From Myxococcota bacterium (lineage in GTDB: Bacteria > Myxococcota_A > UBA796 > UBA2385): a stretch of 64,000 nt of DNA. Shown here piece by piece: positions 47,975-59,655 of the stretch. The notes below the pieces were generated by a model that was not told the DNA's origin, ran no database searches, and saw only the letters and a list, made by a program, of their open reading frames with translations. The first letter of the stretch is position 1. Each line of letters starts with the position of its first letter. A program made the translations under genes and the position numbers. Location of the stretch: positions 17,469 to 81,468 of the forward strand of contig JAKLKF010000008.1 of the NCBI GenBank assembly GCA_023150805.1, given 5' to 3'.

Positions 47975-47992
47975 GCGTTCCACGTGGAACGC
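47975..47992. promoter_or_regulatory. Perfect 18-bp palindrome GCGTTCCACGTGGAACGC (candidate operator)
   Basis: Located in the 237-bp intergenic region upstream of gene 48096. Additional half-sites GTGGAAC at 47883-47889 and GTTCCAC at 48006-48012. Confidence 0.4.
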
Positions 47993-48095
47993 GCGCCGCG
48001 GGGTGGTTCCACGGCCCCGGCGCCGCGGTTCCCCGCCGTCACCACCTCGCTCGCCCGTCGCCCTGCGATAGGCCGCGCCCACCTCCGGAGGAACC

Positions 48096-48755
48096 GTGGA
48101 AGCCCAGCACCCCGAGCTCGAGCCCGTCTTCGACGCCATCCGCGACGGCCGCCTGGACGTGGCCCTCACCGTCGCCCAGGAGCTCGCGCGGACCGCGCAG
48201 GGCCCGCTGCAGGTCGAGGCGCGCCGCCACGTCGGCCTGTGCTTCTTCCACCTGGGCGACTACGCCTCGGCGGTGCCGAGCTTCCTGCAGGTGGCGCAGG
48301 CGACCGGCGAGCGCCAGGCCTGGTTCGTGCTCTCCCTGGCGCGCACCCTGGCGGGCGACGCGCCCGGCGGCGCGCGCGACTTCGAGCGGGCCCTGGCCGC
48401 GCCGGAGCCCCCCTCGGCCGACGGCAGCCGGCAGCTCACCGAGCACTTCATGCGCTTCGACTACATGCACGTGCTGGTGGACGCCTGGCAGTGGCAGCGC
48501 GCGCGCGACCAGCTCGACATCCTCGCCGGCGCCATCCGCGGGCTGCCTGCGCACGACAACGAGTTCCTGTTCGACCGCGGCTACCCCCTGCTGGGGGACC
48601 TGCTGGACGGCGGGCTGCGCGTGCTGGAGATCGTGCCGGACAGCGATCCCTTCGCCTGGCTCAAGGAGCTGCGGCGCGACCTGAGCGCGCCGGGGCGGCA
48701 GAAGGTGGACCAGGCGCTGCAGGCCCTGGGCCGGAAGGTCGGCGGCCCCCGGTGA
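48096..48755 (+). CDS. Hypothetical protein with TPR-like N-terminal helices (219 aa)
   Basis: GTG start with CGGAGGA upstream. HVGLCFFHLGDYASAVPSFLQVAQATGERQAWFVLSLARTL resembles a TPR pair. No family recognised. Confidence 0.6.
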   Translation: MEAQHPELEPVFDAIRDGRLDVALTVAQELARTAQGPLQVEARRHVGLCFFHLGDYASAVPSFLQVAQATGERQAWFVLSLARTLAGDAPGGARDFERALAAPEPPSADGSRQLTEHFMRFDYMHVLVDAWQWQRARDQLDILAGAIRGLPAHDNEFLFDRGYPLLGDLLDGGLRVLEIVPDSDPFAWLKELRRDLSAPGRQKVDQALQALGRKVGGPR

Positions 48756-48767
48756 CCGCTCCGGCGT

Positions 48768-48781
48768 GTTCCCCGTGGAAC
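48768..48781. promoter_or_regulatory. Second copy of the palindromic motif (GTTCCCCGTGGAAC; 1 mismatch to GTTCCACGTGGAAC)
   Basis: Starts 13 nt after the stop of gene 48096..48755. It is followed by the inverted repeat GTTGAC-GG-GTCAAC at 48807-48820. Confidence 0.35.
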
Positions 48782-48834
48782 CGCTGAGGTAGGTTGAAAC
48801 GGCGCTGTTGACGGGTCAACTGCGCGGGCGTTCC

Positions 48835-49101
48835 TCAGGCGCGCGACAGCGCCGCGCGGGCCGAGAGGCGGTCCAGCTCGCGCTGCGCCAGCTTCAGCTC
48901 GGCCAGGGCGTCGGGGTCGCGGCGGTCGATCCACGCCGGCAGCGCGTCGGCCGAGGCCAGCGCGGCCTGGGCCTCCAGCCGCCGGACCTCCAGCTCCCGG
49001 CGGCGGAGGTTCCACGTCAGCAGCAGGCCGAGCGCGGCCAGGCAGGCCGTGACCGGCATGCCGAAGAGGATGAAGACGATGGCGATGGCGGTCAGGTCCA
49101 C
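48835..49101 (-). CDS. Small single-pass membrane protein with C-terminal coiled-coil-like tail (88 aa)
   Basis: C-terminal end of track ORF 48835..50997, whose remainder is antisense to uvrB. GTG start with GAGGTG upstream. [28 protein letters not shown] followed by [17 protein letters not shown]. Confidence 0.5.
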   Translation of the reverse strand: MDLTAIAIVFILFGMPVTACLAALGLLLTWNLRRRELEVRRLEAQAALASADALPAWIDRRDPDALAELKLAQRELDRLSARAALSRA

Positions 49102-49254
49102 GGGCGCACCTCGCGCGCCCGTACGCGCCGGGCGCCGGCTTGTTGCAGGCCCGCCGCGGTCCGCGCGCCGCGCGCCGCCGGACATCGCCTGTCCGCTTGC
49201 CCCGGTCCCCTCCGGGCGCGCCAGGGTTACCTCCTCCTCGCCCCGGGGAACGTC

Positions 49255-51278
<2,024 letters not shown>

Positions 51279-51282
<4 letters not shown>

Positions 51283-52952
51283 GCGAGGCGCGGGCGCGGG
51301 TGCGGCGGCCGTACGCCTTCCGCGGCCGCCACCTGACGACCATCGACCTGGCCGAGCAGGTCGAGCGCCACGCGGCGCTGCGAGAGCTGCGGCAGGCGCT
51401 CGCGCCCCGCCTGGGCGCCCAGGCGGCCCAGGAGGAGGTCGAGGCGACCCTGGCCCGGTCCCTCGACGACCTCGGCGACGACCTGCTGGCCGAGGCCGCG
51501 CGGGACATCGACGCGATCCTGCGCACCTGGAGCCGCCTGGCGGACGCCTACCGCTCGGCCGGCGACCGGGCCGAGATGGGGCGCATCGCGCTGGAGCTGG
51601 GCGACCTGCCCGGGCGCCTGGAGGAGCGGGTGCACCTCGTGCCCAACGCCGGGGGCCTCATCGACGCGGCGATCCCGACCAGCCTGGTGGCGCGGCTGCG
51701 CTACCCGGTGGCGGCGGGGCGCGTGACGCCCGAGCAGCTCACCCAGCTCGGGCAGCGGCTGAAGGAGGCGATGCCGCGGGCGATCTCCCAGGACCTGCTG
51801 CGGGCCGAGGCCCTGGAGCGCCTGGTGCAGGAGGCGGTCGCGCCGCTGTTGATGGGGCTGCGCGCCCAGGCGGCCTTTGCGGCGGACCCGGCGGCCCCGG
51901 ACGCGGCCGTGGCGGCGCCGGCCGACCTGGGGGGCGGGGGGTGGCTCACCCGGCCGCCGCCCGACCTGGCGCGGACCTTGTCCAGCGGCGCCCTGCAGCT
52001 GGAGCGCACCTGGGCGCCGCGCCCGCCGCCGACCCCCGACCACCTGCCCCAGGCCATCGAGTCCATCGCGCTCGCGGCGGACGGGACCTGCGCGATCTGG
52101 GGCCCCTGGGAGCCATGGCTGCACGAGCTGGGGGGAGCGGAGGCGGCGCGGCGGCTGGGCCCGGTCGACGGGCGGGCGTGGTGGCGCCACTGCCTGGCGG
52201 CGGCCATGTGTCCGGACGGCCGGCGGGCGGCGACCGGGGGTGCGGGCATCACGATCTGGGACCTGGCGACCGGGCGCGCGCAGGTGGACCTGGGCGAAGC
52301 GGAGCTCGAGGAGCTGTACGCCCTGGCCTTCAGCCCCTGCGGCCGCTGGCTGGCCGCGGTCGGCGCCACCAGGCTGGTGCAGGTCTTCGACAGCCTGACG
52401 GGCATCCCGGCCTGGATCGCGGACCTGGACGAGCCGGCGCTGTGCGTGGCCTGGAGCCCCGACGGGCGGCGGGTGCTCAGCGGCGGGTGGAGCGGCGCCC
52501 TGACCCTGCACGACGCGCAGAGCGGCGCGCTGGTGGCCCGCTTCGACGACGTGGGGGGCAGCATCAACGCCGTCGCGGTCGATCCCTCGGGGCAGCTCGT
52601 CGCGACGGGGGCCGGGTCCGGGTGCAGCCCCGGAGGGCGCCTGCACAAGGGTGAGGTCGGGCTGCGGCTGTGGGACGCCCACAGTGGCGCGGTCGTGCGG
52701 GACGTGCGGGGGCCCCGCCACGCGGTGGCCCAGGTCGCGATCAGCGGCGATCAACTGCTGGCGATCGTGGAGGACGGCACCCTGCGCGCCTGGCGGCTGC
52801 GGGACGGCAGGCCCTGCGGCAGGGTGGACCTCACCCTGGTCGACGACCGCCCGACCGCCCTCGCCGCGGCGGGCCACCGCGTGCTCGTGGGCACGCAGGC
52901 GGGCTGGGTGGCGGCCTTCGCGCTGGAGGAGGGGGAGTGCCGGTCGTCCTGA
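51279..52952 (+). CDS. WD40 repeat protein with an uncharacterised N-terminal domain of about 200 aa
   Basis: The ATG overlaps the uvrB stop (ATGA). WD40 blades ([68 protein letters not shown]). The N-terminal domain is paralogous to gene 53752. Confidence 0.8.
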
Positions 52953-53755
52953 TCACCGGCTGCAGCCGTGGCATCGGGCGTGCCGCGGCCCTGGCGCTGG
53001 CTGCCCGCGGGTGGACCGTGGTGGCCACCGTGCGGGGGGCGGACGGGCGCGCGGGGCTGGAGGCGGCGGGGGTGGAGGTCGAGGAGCTGGACGTCACCGA
53101 CGCGCAGGCGACCGCCGCGGTGGTCGGGCGCGTGGTGGGGCGGCACGGTGGCCTGGACGCCGTGGTCGCCAACGCCGGCCGCGGCCTGTCGGGCTGCTTC
53201 GAGGACCTGGATCCGGACCAGGTCCGCGCCCTGGTCGAGGTGAACCTGCTGGGCGCGATGCACACCGTCCGGGCCAGCCTGCCGGCGATCCGGGCGCGCC
53301 GCGGCCGCGTGGTGCTGCTGTCCTCGGTGGCGGGGGCGCGTGGTGCTCCGGGCAGCGGCGCCTACAACGCCACCAAGTTCGCGCTCGAGGGCTGGGGCGA
53401 GGCCCTGCGCTTCGAGCTGCTCCCCTTCGGGGTGCAGGTGGTGCTCGTCCAGCCCGGGGCGACGGCGACCGGCTTTGCGGCGGCGCGGCAGCAGGGCGCC
53501 CGGGTGGGGCAGGGACCCTACCGCGAGATCTCGGCGCGCCTCTCGACGCTGCTCGCCGAGAACGTCGCCTCGCAAGAGCCGGTGGAGGTCGTCGTGCGCG
53601 CGGTGGAGCGCGCCCTGACCGATCGCGCGCCGCCCTTCCGCATCCCGACCGGGCGGGGCACCCGGGCCCAGATCCTCGCCCACCGGCTGCTGCCCTGGCG
53701 CCTGTACGAGGGGCTGGTGCGCCGCAAGCTGGCGCTGCCCCCGGCGTCGACGTGA
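52937..53755 (+). CDS. SDR family oxidoreductase
   Basis: GTG start with GGAGGAGGGGGA upstream; 16-nt overlap with the WD40 gene. [22 protein letters not shown]...YNATKFA. Confidence 0.88.
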   Translation: MPVVLITGCSRGIGRAAALALAARGWTVVATVRGADGRAGLEAAGVEVEELDVTDAQATAAVVGRVVGRHGGLDAVVANAGRGLSGCFEDLDPDQVRALVEVNLLGAMHTVRASLPAIRARRGRVVLLSSVAGARGAPGSGAYNATKFALEGWGEALRFELLPFGVQVVLVQPGATATGFAAARQQGARVGQGPYREISARLSTLLAENVASQEPVEVVVRAVERALTDRAPPFRIPTGRGTRAQILAHRLLPWRLYEGLVRRKLALPPAST

Positions 53756-54255
53756 GGCACTGGTCCTTCCGCGGCCACCGCAGCCCGGTGGACCTGGCGG
53801 CGACCGTGGCGGCCAGCCCCTCGCTGGCGGGCCGCGCGCGGGCCGAGGACGCGCTGGAGCAGGCGCTGACCGCCTGGGCCGAGGAGCGCCGGACCCAGGT
53901 GCTCGCCGAGCTGGCGCGGCTCGTGACCACCTGGCGCGAGGAGGCCCGCGCCGTGCGGCTGACCAAGGTGCGCCGGGCGCGGAGCCCCCGGCTGGACGGC
54001 CTGCCCGAGCGGCTGGCCGAGCTGGTCGCCTTCGTGCCCGACGGCGGCGAGATCGTGCGCAAGGTCCTGCCCCGGGGGCTGTGGACCCGCCTGGCCTGGC
54101 CCCAGCCCGCGGCGGGGGTCGAGGACCAGGCCCTGGTGGACCTGCAGCGGAGCCTGGAGCGGCGCGTCGATCCGGCGCTGGCCCGCGAGGCGCGCCAGGA
54201 CCGGGTGCTGGCCGAGGCGGTGGCGCGGGCGGCGCGCAGCCTGGACGGCCGGTGA
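53752..54255 (+). CDS. Hypothetical protein (167 aa), paralog of the N-terminal domain of the WD40 protein
   Basis: The GTG overlaps the SDR stop (GTGA). RHWSFRGHRSPVDLAATV vs [20 protein letters not shown]; AFVPDGGEIVRKVLPRGLWTRLAWP vs [25 protein letters not shown]. Confidence 0.6.
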   Translation: MRHWSFRGHRSPVDLAATVAASPSLAGRARAEDALEQALTAWAEERRTQVLAELARLVTTWREEARAVRLTKVRRARSPRLDGLPERLAELVAFVPDGGEIVRKVLPRGLWTRLAWPQPAAGVEDQALVDLQRSLERRVDPALAREARQDRVLAEAVARAARSLDGR

Positions 54256-54370
54256 GAGGGGGCGGGACCCGCACCGGGCAGGGCCGCGATCCGATCCCGA
54301 AGGCGCGTCCACCTCGGGTTCGGGGTAGCCTTCCCCCACTCGGACCCGTGCAACCTCACCGGGAGGCGTC

Positions 54371-55015
54371 GTGCCGCTCACCCTCGCCCTGATGCTGGCC
54401 ACCGCCGCCGCGAACGCGGGTCCGGCGGCCCCGCTCAGCCGACCGCCCCCCACGGACACGTGGGTGCGGGTGCCCGACGACGCGCTGCTCTGCTCCCACC
54501 TCGGGGGCCAGGGCCAGTGCGCGCGCTTCCTGCAGCCCGGCGCCTCCCCGCCGACGGGCGCGGGGCCTCGGCTGGCTCGCGTCGTCGCGGAGCACGGCGA
54601 CCAGGTCGAGCTGCAGCTCCAGTACGCGCCCGAGCTGGCGGGCTGCGGAGTGCTCGCCGCCCGGGTGAGCGCCCTGCGCCTGCGGGTGTTCGTGGACGCC
54701 GACCTGCTGGTCCCGGTCGACCCCGACGCCGCCTGCGTGGACCCCGACGCCGCCACGGACCCGGGGCCGGGCCGCGACCCGGACCTGCGCGCGGCGCGCG
54801 TCGCCACGGTGCCGCGCGAGACCTGGGTCTTCTGGCCGGACGGCGCCCTGGCCGGCCGCACCCAGCGCGAGCTGTGGCTGCAGGAAGACCACGGGCTGTA
54901 CCAGGAGGGGGGGCGCTGGTGCGCGACCTTCGACCTGGGGCCCGACGACGGGGGTGCGGTGACCGGCCGTGCCCTGGACGTCTGCTTCCGGAGTCGTGAC
55001 ATCTCGTTGCGCTGA
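54371..55015 (+). CDS. Secreted hypothetical protein (214 aa)
   Basis: GTG start with GGGAGG upstream. Signal-like MPLTLALMLATAAANA. Four Cys residues. No family recognised. Confidence 0.55.
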   Translation: MPLTLALMLATAAANAGPAAPLSRPPPTDTWVRVPDDALLCSHLGGQGQCARFLQPGASPPTGAGPRLARVVAEHGDQVELQLQYAPELAGCGVLAARVSALRLRVFVDADLLVPVDPDAACVDPDAATDPGPGRDPDLRAARVATVPRETWVFWPDGALAGRTQRELWLQEDHGLYQEGGRWCATFDLGPDDGGAVTGRALDVCFRSRDISLR

Positions 55016-55036
55016 ACGCGCCTGCCCCTTCCCGAT

Positions 55037-55054
55037 GTCGGGTCAGGGCCCGAC
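55037..55054 (+). terminator. Possible stem-loop (GTCGGG-tcaggg-CCCGAC) downstream of gene 54371..55015
   Basis: 6-bp GC-rich stem starting 22 nt after the stop. There is no clear U-tract, so this is weak. Confidence 0.25.
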
Positions 55055-55136
55055 CCGACTTGCCCCTGCTTTCCGGCCCACGGTACCTTCATCGCTCGCC
55101 CGCCGGCCCCGGCTGCCGGTCTCCCTCGAGGAACCC

Positions 55137-58100
55137 ATGAACCCGACCCGCATCACCTGGTTGTTCGGCCTGCTCGGCCTCTCCCTCACCGCTTGCGCGC
55201 CCGAGCAGGAGCCGGCGGAGCGTGAAGCCTGGCCCGGCATGGACGAGGGCATGGATCCCGCCGACTTCACCGGCCGCATCGACGTCGAGCTGTGCGACGG
55301 CGCCGACAACGACGGCGACGGGTCGACGGACGAGGGCTGCACCGGCGACTGCGACGCCTTCACCACGCGCTCGCCGGACTTCTGGCAGGACGCCACCTGC
55401 GTGCTGGACGGCGACGCCACGGGCTTCCGCGGGTACCCGGTCACGGTGGGCAGCCTGGAGTCCTACGACACGGCGGCCGAGATCGCGACGGTGCTGGCGG
55501 TGGACCCCGGCGGCAGCGCCAAGCTCAAGCTGCGGCGCCACCTGGTCGTGATGAAGCTGAACGCCACGTACTTCAACCTGTGGGACAAGGACGTCGTCGA
55601 CTGGAACGGCGACGGGACGATGGACGACGTGCGGTGGCTGGTGGACAAGGCCGACGCCTACTACGACGGCACCTCGACGACCTACCAGACCTTGATGGCC
55701 GAGCAGCTCCGCGAGATGAACGGCCTGGGCACCGACCTGCCCCTGTGGTTCGATGAGACCTGCGCGGCTGCCGCCGAGTACTGCGACGGCATCGACAACG
55801 ACGGCGACGGGTCGACGGACGAGGACTGCGGCTGCGTCGAGACCTGCGGCGACGACTTCGACAACGACGGCGACGGCTCGGTGGACGAGGGCTGCGAGGC
55901 CTGCGGCGAGTACCAGAGCCGCACCGAGAGCTTCTGGGAGACGGCGACCTGCGTGGTCGACGGGGACCTGGGCTACGAGGTGCTGCCCATCACGCTGGGC
56001 GCGTCCGAGACCTACTCGACCGCCGCATCCGTCGAGTCGATGCTGGTGGCCGCGACCGGCGGCGCCTCGCAGAACCGCCTGCGGCACCAGCTCATGGTGG
56101 CCAAGCTCAACCGCGCGGCCTTCAACACCGGCAGCTCGCCGGCCTACGACTGGGGCTCCAACGGCACCGTCGAGACCGTCGACGAGCTGATCGCCATCGC
56201 CGACACGCTCTTCGACGGCGGCCTGTTCTGGAAGCAGAACAGCATGACCCTGGCGCTGAAGACGATGAACGAGGCCGGCTCGACCACGCCGATCTACTTC
56301 ACCTCCACCTGCAGCGGCGAGGCCGAGTTCTGCGACGGCGTGGACAACGACGGCGACGGCACCGTGGACGAGTACTGCGGCTGCGTCGAGGCCTGTGACG
56401 GCTACGACAACGACGGCGACGGCTCGGTGGACGAGACCTTCCCGGACGGCTGCCCGACCGAGGAGCTCTGCGACGGCGTCGACAACGACGGCGACGGCGA
56501 GATCGACGAGGCCGACGCGGTGGACGCGACCGAGTGGTTCGCCGACGACGACTCCGACGGGCACGGCAACCCCGGCATCTCCCAGACCGCCTGCGACCAG
56601 CCGACCGGCTACGTCGACGACGACACCGACTGCGACGACACGGACGGCGCCGTCTACGGCGGTGCGCCCGAGATCTGCGACAGCCAGGACAACGACTGCG
56701 ACGGCTCGACGGACGAGGATCCGCAGACCACCCGCTACGCGGACGCGGACGCCGACGGCTACGGCGACCCATCGAGCGCCTCGACGGACTGCGACACGCC
56801 GGCTGAGTACATCGAGACCGCGGGTGACTGCGACGACACCGACGACACCGTCAACCCCGACGCGGTCGACTGGTGCGACGACGGCATCGACAGCGACTGC
56901 TCGGGCGACGAGGTCGGCTGCTACGAGCCGGGCTCGCCCGATGACGCGACCTTCATCGGAGAGGCCTCCGGCGACGACGCGGGCGTGGCGACCGCCCGCG
57001 TGGGCGACGTCAACAACGACGGGATCGACGACGTGGTCATCGGCGCCCGCAACAACGACTTCTCGGGGACCGACGCCGGCGCCGCCTACCTGTTCTACGG
57101 CCCGGTCACCTACAGCGGCGAGGTCTCGCTCTCCAACGCCGACCTGAAGCTGTACGGCGGCGCCGCCGGTGACAAGGCCGGCCGCACGGTCATCGGTGGC
57201 GAGGACCTGGACGGCGACGGCATCGACGACGTGACCATCGGCGCCCCGAACGAGGACACCTCGGGATCCTCGGCGGGCGCGGCCTACGTCTTCTTCGGCA
57301 GCACGCTCTCGGCCATCACCGACCCGGCCGCCAGCGTGACCGAGGCCGACGTCATCTACACGGGCCGGGACGACTTCGACTACCTGGCCTCGCGCACCAG
57401 CTACTCGGAGCTGACGGGCGACAGCACCGTGGACCTGCTGCTGTCCAACACGGGCGACAGCGTGGGCGGTGCCAGCGCCGGCGGCATCTACATCTACGCC
57501 GGTCCGCTCACCGCCAGCGAGACGGCCATCAGCATCGCCAGCGGCACCTGGGCCGCTCGCATCACGGGCGAGACGGCCAACGACCAGATCGGCCTGTTCG
57601 TCGGTACCGGCGGCGACGCCAACGGCGACGGCAACGGCGACCTCATCGTCGGCGTGCCCCGCCAGGACGGCGCCGGCACCGACGCGGGCGCCACCTACCT
57701 GGTGGCGGGACCGCTGACGGGCACGGTCGGGCTCGGCTCGGCCGACGCCAAGATCGCGGGCTCGGCGGCGGGAGACAAGCTGGGCTCGGCCGTCACCTTC
57801 GCCGGGGACCAGAACCTGGACGGCTACGACGACTTCTTCACGACGGCGCCCTTCGAGGACACCGCCGACAGCGACGCGGGCGCGGTGTACCTGGTCTACG
57901 GCACGGCCACCCTCTCCTCGCTGGACGGCCTGGACATCGGGTCCGTCGCGTCGGCGACCATCGAGGGCAAGGAGCGCAGCGGCCAGATCGGCTCCTCGGC
58001 CGAGGCGGACGGCGACCACGACGGCGACGGGGTCAACGACCTGATCACGGGCGCCAACAACGACGGCCCGGACGCCGAGGGCGCGACCTACCTGTTCTAC

Positions 58101-58307
58101 GGGCCGGTCGCGGGCGCGCTGAGCTGGGCGGACGCCGACTGGAGCAAGCTGGGCGACGCCGCCTACGACCACGCCGGCTCCTTCGTGTCCTACGGCGGTG
58201 ACCTGCGCGGCCTGGGTGGCGACACCATCATCATCGGCGCCCGCGAGGCCGACGTGGGCGCCTCCACCGACGCTGGCAAGGTCTACCTGATCTTCCAGGC
58301 CCTGTAG
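55137..58307 (+). CDS. Large lipoprotein with Cys-rich CDGxDNDGDGxxDE (MopE-type putative metal-binding) repeats and FG-GAP repeats
   Basis: Internal ATG of track ORF 54969..58307. Lipobox LSLTAC. At least six CDG[AIVY]DNDGDG[ST]xDE motifs and two ~180-aa internal duplications. C-terminal FG-GAP series (VGDVNNDGIDDVVIGA, GEDLDGDGIDDVTIGAP, GGDANGDGNGDLIVGVP, AGDQNLDGYDDFF, DGDHDGDGVNDLITGA). Confidence 0.85.
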   Translation: MNPTRITWLFGLLGLSLTACAPEQEPAEREAWPGMDEGMDPADFTGRIDVELCDGADNDGDGSTDEGCTGDCDAFTTRSPDFWQDATCVLDGDATGFRGYPVTVGSLESYDTAAEIATVLAVDPGGSAKLKLRRHLVVMKLNATYFNLWDKDVVDWNGDGTMDDVRWLVDKADAYYDGTSTTYQTLMAEQLREMNGLGTDLPLWFDETCAAAAEYCDGIDNDGDGSTDEDCGCVETCGDDFDNDGDGSVDEGCEACGEYQSRTESFWETATCVVDGDLGYEVLPITLGASETYSTAASVESMLVAATGGASQNRLRHQLMVAKLNRAAFNTGSSPAYDWGSNGTVETVDELIAIADTLFDGGLFWKQNSMTLALKTMNEAGSTTPIYFTSTCSGEAEFCDGVDNDGDGTVDEYCGCVEACDGYDNDGDGSVDETFPDGCPTEELCDGVDNDGDGEIDEADAVDATEWFADDDSDGHGNPGISQTACDQPTGYVDDDTDCDDTDGAVYGGAPEICDSQDNDCDGSTDEDPQTTRYADADADGYGDPSSASTDCDTPAEYIETAGDCDDTDDTVNPDAVDWCDDGIDSDCSGDEVGCYEPGSPDDATFIGEASGDDAGVATARVGDVNNDGIDDVVIGARNNDFSGTDAGAAYLFYGPVTYSGEVSLSNADLKLYGGAAGDKAGRTVIGGEDLDGDGIDDVTIGAPNEDTSGSSAGAAYVFFGSTLSAITDPAASVTEADVIYTGRDDFDYLASRTSYSELTGDSTVDLLLSNTGDSVGGASAGGIYIYAGPLTASETAISIASGTWAARITGETANDQIGLFVGTGGDANGDGNGDLIVGVPRQDGAGTDAGATYLVAGPLTGTVGLGSADAKIAGSAAGDKLGSAVTFAGDQNLDGYDDFFTTAPFEDTADSDAGAVYLVYGTATLSSLDGLDIGSVASATIEGKERSGQIGSSAEADGDHDGDGVNDLITGANNDGPDAEGATYLFYGPVAGALSWADADWSKLGDAAYDHAGSFVSYGGDLRGLGGDTIIIGAREADVGASTDAGKVYLIFQAL

Positions 58308-58313
58308 GCCCCG

Positions 58314-59591
58314 TCAGACCGGTGGGCGCCAGCCACCCAGGCAGGCGCCCACCAGGTCGAAGCGGTCCTGGCCCCAGATGAGGATGTCGGGGATCGGTCG
58401 GCCGCCCGGGTTGTTGGTCCGCACCAGGAAGCTCGGCGCGCCGCAGGCCCCCAGGAGCTCGGCGCGCTCGGTGTTCTGGCGCAGGCGCTCCTTGACCTCG
58501 GGCGCGGCGGAGGCCTCGACCAGGGCCGGGTCCAGGCCGTGGGCGGCCAGCACCCCCCGCACGACCTCGTCCTGGCCGATGTCCCGCCCCTCGACCCACA
58601 GGGCCCGGTACAGGGCGTGGATCGCGCGTGGCTCCAGCAGGGAGACGCGGAGGGCGGTGACGGTCCGGACCGGGAAGCAGTCGGGGAAGCGCAGGGGCAC
58701 CCCCCACCAGCGCGCCCAGTCCTGCAGGTCCTGCAGGAAGTAGCGGGCGCGCGCGGCGTTCATCTCGGCGATGGGCACGTTGGGGCTGCCCACCGCGCGG
58801 AAGAGCGCGCCCAGCAGCATGGGGCGCCAGGTGAGGGTCGCCTCGTGGCGGGCGGCGATCCGGGCGGCCTGCGTGACGCCCAGGTAGCTGAAGGGACTGG
58901 AGAAGTCGTGGAAGACCTCCAGCTCGGAGCGCCCGGCGGGTCCGGGCGGTCGGTCGGCGGCCCCCTCCCGCTGCAGGTCGGGGGGAGCCTCCTCCCGGCA
59001 GGACGCGCCCCGCAGGGCCGCTTCGACCAGGTGCAGGCGGTCGGCGCCCCACCACAGCCGGCCCTGGGGCGCCTCCGCGGTCGCGGCCCAGAAGGAGGGG
59101 ACCCCGAAGGCGCCACGCTCCAGCGCGACCTGGGTGTGGTGGCGCAGCTCCTCCTCCGCTGCGGCCTGGCGCGCGCGGGCCGGGTCGAGCCCGAAGCCGG
59201 CGCCGATCCGCTCCAGGGCGACCGGGTCGGCCGGGTCGATCCCCTGGACGTGGATGGCCTCCAGCAGGGCGTGGCCGAGCGCGGGACGGAGCGGCTCGGG
59301 CGCGGCCACCAGCAGGCGCATGGCGGGCGCGGCCGAGCCCGGCGGCCGAGGCGTGACGGGCAGGCCGCGCAGCGCGGCCTGGCGCAGCAGGTCCCGCTCG
59401 TCCATCGCGGCGCGGGCGGGGGACCAGGCGCTGGCCGGGCGCTGGTCGCCTCCGACGGCGCGCAGCACCTCGTCCAGCAGGGTGGGGCGCCACACCAGGC
59501 GGGCGCCGACCCGCAGCGCGACCTCCTCGACCGCGGTGGCGGCCAGCCAGGCCTGCGGGCAGGCCAGGTCGAAGTGGAACTCCAGGTCCAT
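58314..59591 (-). CDS. Tandem-duplicated DsbA-like / 2-hydroxychromene-2-carboxylate isomerase family protein
   Basis: 425-aa ORF with an ATG start. Two homologous halves: FHFDLACPQAWLA...GAFGVPSFW...WGADRL and VFHDFSSPFSYLG...GACGAPSFL...WGQDRF. Confidence 0.75.
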   Translation of the reverse strand: MDLEFHFDLACPQAWLAATAVEEVALRVGARLVWRPTLLDEVLRAVGGDQRPASAWSPARAAMDERDLLRQAALRGLPVTPRPPGSAAPAMRLLVAAPEPLRPALGHALLEAIHVQGIDPADPVALERIGAGFGLDPARARQAAAEEELRHHTQVALERGAFGVPSFWAATAEAPQGRLWWGADRLHLVEAALRGASCREEAPPDLQREGAADRPPGPAGRSELEVFHDFSSPFSYLGVTQAARIAARHEATLTWRPMLLGALFRAVGSPNVPIAEMNAARARYFLQDLQDWARWWGVPLRFPDCFPVRTVTALRVSLLEPRAIHALYRALWVEGRDIGQDEVVRGVLAAHGLDPALVEASAAPEVKERLRQNTERAELLGACGAPSFLVRTNNPGGRPIPDILIWGQDRFDLVGACLGGWRPPV

Positions 59592-59655
59592 CTCGGGCTC
59601 CTCGGGGTGTTCCCGCCGTAGCCTGCGACCTGTGCGGGCGCGTTAGCAGCCAGCC

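Noticed and set aside
47885-47983. tRNA-like signals: GGTTCGATCC (T-loop-like, 47962-47971) and a 9-bp acceptor-like pairing GTGGAACGC / GCGTTCCAC about 90 nt apart, reminiscent of a long tRNA such as tRNA-Sec
   Set aside because: I could not build a cloverleaf. The stem flanking the TTCGATC loop does not pair canonically (at best 3 bp plus wobbles with a 6-nt loop). No D-arm or anticodon stem with a 7-nt loop is found, there is no UCA loop, and the length is atypical. The pairing is better explained by the palindromic operator-like motif. A tRNAscan-SE/Infernal run would settle it.
49102-49254. Searched the uvrB upstream region for an SOS/LexA operator
   Set aside because: I found no convincing palindrome of any LexA-box type I know (CTGT-N8-ACAG, or the myxobacterial CTRHAMRYBYGTTCAGS). 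Only GC-rich sequence and a GGGAACGTC just before the ATG are present. No call made.
55089-58172. 1027-aa minus-strand ORF, and the analogous 60556-63936 minus ORF (1126 aa)
   Set aside because: Both mirror the Asp/Gly/Cys-rich repeat lipoprotein genes: GAC/GGC codons read as GTC/GCC on the other strand, giving V/A/R-rich strings. The plus-strand products have lipoboxes and recognisable FG-GAP, MopE-type and LTD motifs.
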